The notes below the pieces were generated by a model that saw only the letters and a list, made by a program, of their open reading frames with translations, searched no databases and was not told where the DNA came from. The position numbers were made by a program, and so were the translations under genes. A stretch of 29,411 nucleotides of DNA, from the NCBI GenBank assembly GCA_031287285.1, contig JAITTC010000267.1:1-29411 (forward strand). The letters are read 5' to 3'. Origin of the DNA: Christensenellaceae bacterium (GTDB taxonomy: Bacteria > Bacillota > Clostridia > Christensenellales > UBA1750). Of the stretch, positions 24,629 to 29,411 are shown one piece after another (positions within the stretch are counted from its first letter, which is position 1; each line of letters begins with the position of its first letter).

Positions 24629-25768
24629 GTGCAAGGCCCTAAAAACGCCCTGAAAACCCTGCGCGCACACAGGCGCGCGCTGCATCGAATTCCCGAAATG
24701 GCCAACCACGAATTTCAGACCAAGGACGCCCTGCTTTCTGCCCTTCGGGCCCTGAAGCCCGATCTTCTGCGCTGCTATGGCGGCACGGGAATCAAGGCCG
24801 TGTTCTTTTGCGGCAAAGAAGGGGCGAAAACCCTCGGCTTCCGCGCCGACATGGACGCCCTGCCCGTTGAAGAGAAGACCTGCCTTCCCTTTTGCTCGCA
24901 AAACCCGGGCTTTATGCATGCCTGCGGGCACGACGGGCACATGGCCTTGCTCCTGACCTTTTTGGGCTTCGTTTCCGCCAAGCGCCTGGAGCTTCCCCAC
25001 AACATCGCGGCCATCTTCCAGCCTGGCGAAGAAAATCTCCTCGGCGCGCGGGATATGGTGCGCGCGGGCATTTTAGAGGATCCCCGCGTCGACGAAATTT
25101 ACGGCCTTCATGTGATGCCAAGCTACAGGGCGGGCACCATCGGCCTTTCCGCGGGGCCGGTCATGGCCGGCAATACGAGCCTCGACATTCGCGTAATCGG
25201 CAAAAGCGCCCACGGCGCCGCCCCGCACCTTGGGGTCGACTCCATTTTGGCGGCTTCGCAGGTGGTTTTAAGCCTGGAGGCAAGGCTCACCCGCCTTTCC
25301 GCCGAGGAACCCTCGCTTTTAACCTTCGGGCAGATCGCGGGCGGCGTGGTGCGCAACCAGCTCGCCGGCGAAACGACGCTTCGCGGCACCCTGCGCTATT
25401 TCAGCCTTAAAAGGCGCGACGAGCTGCACCGGGTCATCGCAGAAAGCTCTTCCGCGGCGGCCGCCGTCTTCGGCGCCAAGGCGGAAGTGCTCTTCGACGA
25501 AAGGCAGTACCCCCCGGTCGTCAACGACGCGGCCGTGGTGAGCAAGGCGCTGCCCCTTCTTCCCGAGGGGGTGCTCGTTCCCCAGCCCCGCCAGATGATT
25601 GCCGAGGACTTTTCGTGCTATTTAAACGAGCGCCCGGGCTTTTTCGCCTTCGCGGGCGTTGGCCGGGGCGAGAGCGACGCGCCCCTTCATTCAGATCGCT
25701 TCAGCTTCGACGAGGAAGCGCTGCTTCCGGCGCTCGACTTCTACATTCGACTGGCCCAAAACCCTTAA
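24629..25768 (+). CDS. M20D amidohydrolase (N-acyl-amino acid amidohydrolase-like)
   Basis: RRALHRIPE, FRADMDALP, MHACGHDGH, FQPGEE, GLHVMP, AEDF, LHS. GTG start after AAGGAGG. Confidence 0.92.
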   Translation: MQGPKNALKTLRAHRRALHRIPEMANHEFQTKDALLSALRALKPDLLRCYGGTGIKAVFFCGKEGAKTLGFRADMDALPVEEKTCLPFCSQNPGFMHACGHDGHMALLLTFLGFVSAKRLELPHNIAAIFQPGEENLLGARDMVRAGILEDPRVDEIYGLHVMPSYRAGTIGLSAGPVMAGNTSLDIRVIGKSAHGAAPHLGVDSILAASQVVLSLEARLTRLSAEEPSLLTFGQIAGGVVRNQLAGETTLRGTLRYFSLKRRDELHRVIAESSSAAAAVFGAKAEVLFDERQYPPVVNDAAVVSKALPLLPEGVLVPQPRQMIAEDFSCYLNERPGFFAFAGVGRGESDAPLHSDRFSFDEEALLPALDFYIRLAQNP

Positions 25769-25787
25769 ATCACGAGGAGGACTGCCC

Positions 25788-26717
25788 ATGGCCGGCTTTT
25801 TTCAAAACTTCTTCACAGGCAACCCCAATAAGGCGGAATTCACCAAGGAGATGCTGCCCAAGAACCGGCGCGAGCTCTTTGCCGAGATGCTCAAGCTCAA
25901 TCTTTGGAATCTCATCAAGGCGAATTCGATCTATCTGCTCTTCACCATCCCGATGTGGGTCAACATCTGGGCGCACTCGCGCATCCTGATCGACATGGCC
26001 CAGGCCTCCGCCGACGGGCTCACGGTGGATGGCATCCGCCCCTTCTTCAGCGAGGGTTACCTGGCCGTGTTCCTCATCGCCATGGTGCCCTGCCTGCTCC
26101 TGCAGGGCCCCGCGAAGGCGGCGCTGAAATACCTCGTCCGCAAATGGGCGATGGACGACCACGCCTCCTCCTGGAGCGACTTTTGGTACGCCTTCCGCGC
26201 AAACCTCAAGCAGGGTCTGTCGCTGGGGCTCCTCAACGGCCTGCTTTTTCTGCTTTTACCCTTTGCTTTCCTGTTCTATAACGGCATGTCGGCCCAGGGG
26301 ATGATTTACTTCGTCCTGGAGGTTTTGGTGGGGCTGATCGCGCTGATCGCCTACTTCGTCAACCTCTATGCCTGGCCCATGATGGTATCCTATGAGATGG
26401 GCCTGAAGACGATCCTTCAAAACTCGCTGATCATGGCCATCGGCCGGCTGCCCTTCACCCTACTTTACTTTATCATCGGGCTGGTTCCGGCCGTGATCTG
26501 CCTCTTCTTCCCCATCGCCCTGGTGTATTACTTCCTGATCGGCTATTCCTTCCACGCCTTCGTCAACGTTTCTTACACCAACAGCGCCTTTGACCTTTAC
26601 ATCAATCCCCGCGTCGAGGGCGCGGAGATCGGCAGGGGCATGTACAAGCCCCCCGAAGACGAGTACGAATACGTCGACATCGACGATGACGACTACGAAG
26701 ATAAACCCAAGAAGTAA
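25788..26717 (+). CDS. DUF624/YesL-like membrane protein with acidic C-terminal tail
   Basis: Several TM segments, WSDFWYAFRANLKQG, LKTILQNSLIMAIGRLPFTLL. Start at ATG 25788 after GAGGAGG. Confidence 0.72.
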   Translation: MAGFFQNFFTGNPNKAEFTKEMLPKNRRELFAEMLKLNLWNLIKANSIYLLFTIPMWVNIWAHSRILIDMAQASADGLTVDGIRPFFSEGYLAVFLIAMVPCLLLQGPAKAALKYLVRKWAMDDHASSWSDFWYAFRANLKQGLSLGLLNGLLFLLLPFAFLFYNGMSAQGMIYFVLEVLVGLIALIAYFVNLYAWPMMVSYEMGLKTILQNSLIMAIGRLPFTLLYFIIGLVPAVICLFFPIALVYYFLIGYSFHAFVNVSYTNSAFDLYINPRVEGAEIGRGMYKPPEDEYEYVDIDDDDYEDKPKK

Positions 26718-26752
26718 ACGGCCAAAACCGATTGCGAAAGGGGCGGAGGATC

Positions 26753-27496
26753 ATGCCTTCCTATACGGATTTTGCCCATGTCTACGATTTTTTGATGGAC
26801 GATATCAATTACGACCGCTGGCTTAAATACTATCTGGAGCTCACCCAGCCTACGCCCCGCTCCCGCATCGTGGAGCTCGGCTGTGGCACCGGCGCTTTCT
26901 CGTTGCGCCTGGCCAAGCAGGATTTTGAGGTGCTCGGGCTCGATCTTTCCTACCGCATGATCGGTGTCGCGCAGGAAAAGGCCAGGGCCGCGGGGGCGAA
27001 GCTGCAATTCGCGCGCCAGAACATCGAAAATCTCGATCTTCCAAGGCCCGCACCGGTCATCATCGCGCCCTGCGATGTGATCAACTACCTGACCACCGCA
27101 AAGGCCGTGCGCAGCTGCTTTGCCTCGGTCTTCCAGAACCTGGAGCCCGGCGGTCGCTTCTGCTTTGACATCTCGACCTTTGACAAGCTCCTCTCGATGG
27201 ATTCGCAGATGTATGGGGAGGACAGAGTCGAGATCAGCTACCTTTGGTTTAACCACTTCGAGCGCGAATCGAGCCTGCTGCAGATGGATTTGAGCGTCTT
27301 CGTCCGCCAGGAAGGAGGGCTCTACCGCAAATTCTACGAATCCCAGGTGCAGCGCGCGCACGAGATTGCGGAGCTTAGCCAGATCCTGACCGAAATCGGT
27401 TTTGCCGATGTGCACGTCTACTCGCGCATGACCCGCGAAGACCCCAAAAAGGGCGATGATCGCGTGCACTTCCTTTGCCGGAAGCCCCTGCGCTAG
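26753..27496 (+). CDS. Class I SAM-dependent methyltransferase (YqeM-like)
   Basis: FAHVYDFLM, motif I VELGCGTG, GLDLSYRMI, CDVINYL, LEPGGRFCFD. Start at ATG 26753 after GGAGGA. Confidence 0.9.
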   Translation: MPSYTDFAHVYDFLMDDINYDRWLKYYLELTQPTPRSRIVELGCGTGAFSLRLAKQDFEVLGLDLSYRMIGVAQEKARAAGAKLQFARQNIENLDLPRPAPVIIAPCDVINYLTTAKAVRSCFASVFQNLEPGGRFCFDISTFDKLLSMDSQMYGEDRVEISYLWFNHFERESSLLQMDLSVFVRQEGGLYRKFYESQVQRAHEIAELSQILTEIGFADVHVYSRMTREDPKKGDDRVHFLCRKPLR

Positions 27497-27528
27497 GCTA
27501 AAAACCCTTCTGAAGGGAAGGCATCGAT

Positions 27529-28416
27529 ATGGACGAAATCCTGCATGTTGAAATCGAGCTTGGCCAAGCCCGTGCGTTGGTCTGCGTTTCGAGCGATCTG
27601 GCTGCCGAGGCCCAGCGCATCCACGGCCTTTCGCATCTGGCCTCTGCGGCCCTTGGCCGCGCCTTGACTGGTGCCGCCATGCTCGGCGCCCTGCAAAAGA
27701 ACGAAAAAGACCGCTTGACCATGACCTTCCGCGGCGACGGACCGCTTTCCCCGGTGGTGACGCTCAGCAACGGCAAGGGGGAAGTCAAGGGCTACCTTGA
27801 AAACGGCTCGCTCGAGCTGCCCCTGAAGCCGAGCGGCAAGCTCGACGTGGGCGGCGGCGTGGGGCATGAGGGCAGGCTCATCGTGGTGCGGGATCTTGGC
27901 CTGCGTGAGCCCTATGTGGGCCAAACCAGGCTTGTTTCCGGCGAAATTGCCGAGGATATCGCCCTGTATTTGAGCGCGTCCGAGCAAACGCCCTCGCTTT
28001 TTGCCCTGGGCGTTAGGCTGGAAGAGGGCAAGGTCGTCAGCTCCGGCGGCGTGCTCATTCAGCCCCTGCCGGGCTGCAGCGAAGAGCTTCTGCAAAAGCT
28101 CGAGGGGCTGGCCGGGCGCCTCGCGAATATCTCGAACCTCAGCAAGGAGGCCTGCGGTTCCGCAGCCGCCCTGGTTTCGCTTTGCCTGCCCGGGCTTAAC
28201 TACGAGATCCTCGAATCCATCAAGCCCGTTTGGCGCTGCGACTGCTCCCTCGAACGCATCCAGCGCGCGCTGCTCTCGATGGGCGCCGGCGAGCTGAACG
28301 ACATGATCGAGAAGCAGGGCGGCGCGGAGCTTTCCTGCCACTTTTGCAATAAGAAATACAATCTTTCAGCAGAGGAGCTCCGCCACCTCCTTCAGGAGGG
28401 CTTGAGCGAGGACTAG
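27529..28416 (+). CDS. hslO: Hsp33 redox-regulated chaperone
   Basis: ALGRALTG, GEVKGY, LVSGEIAED, SEQTPS, GGVLIQPLPG, zinc motif CDC...CHFC. Confidence 0.95.
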   Translation: MDEILHVEIELGQARALVCVSSDLAAEAQRIHGLSHLASAALGRALTGAAMLGALQKNEKDRLTMTFRGDGPLSPVVTLSNGKGEVKGYLENGSLELPLKPSGKLDVGGGVGHEGRLIVVRDLGLREPYVGQTRLVSGEIAEDIALYLSASEQTPSLFALGVRLEEGKVVSSGGVLIQPLPGCSEELLQKLEGLAGRLANISNLSKEACGSAAALVSLCLPGLNYEILESIKPVWRCDCSLERIQRALLSMGAGELNDMIEKQGGAELSCHFCNKKYNLSAEELRHLLQEGLSED

Positions 28417-28446
28417 CTCATTTTTGTGCGCATTCCTTAGGATGAA

Positions 28447-28481
28447 AAACAGCGCCCTCTTTCAAAAAGAGGGCGCTGTTT
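28447..28481 (+). terminator. Terminator after hslO
   Basis: 16-bp stem AAACAGCGCCCTCTTT-CAA-AAAGAGGGCGCTGTTT. Confidence 0.75.
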
Positions 28482-28544
28482 GCTTAAACGCAGCCCGAGG
28501 CTTCGCGGTAAAAGGCGGAAGGGATGCCGGGTCGATCATCGCGG

Positions 28545-29411
28545 CGGATTTCCTTCGTGGGCGGCGCTGCCGCATGGCGCCCTTCGCCGCTATCGCATCG
28601 TGCCCCTTTCGTCATTGCGAGTGGTAACGAAGCAATCCAGCGTACTTCGTCGCTTACACGCCTCGCAATGACGGTGGATACGCCGCTCCTTCGTGGGTGA
28701 CGCTGTCGCATGGCGCCCTCGTCGTCATTGTGAGTGGCAACGAAGCAATCCAGCGCACTTCCACTTTGCAGCCCTTTGCACGTACTCGCTGGATTGCTTC
28801 GTCGCCTGCGCTCCTCGCAATGACGGTGGGTGCGCCGCTCCTTCGTAGGTGACGCTGTCGCATCGCGCCCTTTTCGTCATTGCGAGTGGCAACGAAGCAA
28901 TCCAGCGTACTTCCTCTTTGCATGCCCTTTGCACGTGCTCGCTGGATTGCTTCGTCGCTTGCGCTCCTCGCGATGATGGCGGCCCCATCAAGGCGATGGC
29001 CTCGTTGCGCCGCTCCTTCGTAGATGACGCTATCGCATCGTGCCCTCTTCGTCATTGCGAGTGGCAACGAAGCAATCCAGCGTGCTTCCTCTTCGCAGTA
29101 CCTTTGCACGTGCTCGCTGGATTGCTTCGTCGCCTGCGCTCCTCGCGATGACGGCGGCCCCATCAAGGCGATGGCCTCGCTACACCGTTTCTTCGTGGGT
29201 GGCGCTGCCGCATGGTGCCCTTCGCCGCTATCGCATCGTGCCCTTTTCGTCATTGCGAGTGGCAACGAAGCAATCCAGCGTATCTCCTCTTCGCAGTACC
29301 TTTGCACGTGCTCGCTGGATTGCTTCGTCGCCTGCGCTCCTCGCAATGACGGTGGGTGCGCCGCTCCTTCGTAGGTGACGCTGTCGCATCGTGCCCCTTT
29401 CGTCCTTGCGA
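28545..29411. repeat. Tandem array 2 of the same 104-bp palindromic unit in opposite orientation; runs off the window end
   Basis: Units at 28610-28673 (internally deleted), 28723-28825, 28875-28978, 29050-29153, 29248-29351, and a sixth starting at 29401. Each is CGTCATTGCGAG-TGGCAA-CGAAGCAATCCAGC...GCTGGATTGCTTCG-TCGCCTGCGCTC-CTCGCAATGACG. The left boundary is approximate. Confidence 0.95.

Noticed and set aside
24629-25768. Calling the M20D enzyme N-acetyl-diaminopimelate deacetylase
   Set aside because: Family motifs do not fix the substrate, and the LL-DAP aminotransferase at 6126-7304 bypasses the acylated route.
3845-28341. Many antisense and alternate-frame ORFs over real genes (e.g. 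3859-4395, 16023-16844, 19247-19987, 26693-27469, 27493-28341)
   Set aside because: They are shadow ORFs expected in GC-rich coding DNA; they fully overlap well-supported genes and lack motifs.
28654-29378. ORFs of 88-230 aa in array 2 (repeating RGAQATKQSS..WIASLPLAMT, VIARSA.DEAIQ)
   Set aside because: They are translations of the DNA repeat, open on both strands and several frames at once, with no RBS. The same peptides appear in array 1 ORFs (15107-15865). I treat them as non-coding.
28610-29411. CRISPR array interpretation of array 2
   Set aside because: Loops and linkers recur between units, the period is irregular, and no cas genes are in the window.
1-29411. tRNA, rRNA, transposase, integrase or known riboswitch
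   Set aside because: No cloverleaf, rRNA signature, DDE/HUH/tyrosine-recombinase motif or recognisable riboswitch core was found by eye; a formal Rfam/tRNAscan run was not possible.

Overview
GC-rich chromosomal window, probably from a Clostridia-type Bacillota genome (inferred from sigma-A-like promoters, lipoprotein binding proteins, dapL and iscR-iscS-iscU). The coding content is mostly recognisable. It holds the tail of a split (archaeal-type) glutamate synthase cluster, a degenerate glutamine synthetase-like gene with an ANTAR protein, pyrG, dapL, a carbohydrate ABC importer, and iscR-iscS-iscU plus an aldo/keto reductase. It also holds an opp operon with two peptidases, a divergent M20D amidohydrolase, a DUF624-like protein, a methyltransferase and hslO. 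There are three main points of interest. (1) Two intergenic multi-hairpin elements (7451-7603 on +, 14710-14835 on -) share hairpin order and linkers, and one stem carries four fully compensatory base-pair changes, which suggests an unannotated structured RNA/DNA element. (2) A 104-bp CGTC-tagged palindromic unit forms two tandem arrays in opposite orientations. The first sits inside a bidirectional terminator between 11-bp direct repeats, like an insertion scar, with no transposase in the window. (3) A GS-like protein with substituted catalytic residues lies next to a non-phosphorylatable receiver-ANTAR protein and has a leader terminator candidate, suggesting a pseudoenzyme nitrogen sensor. 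All alignments and residue comparisons were done by eye; no database searches were run.
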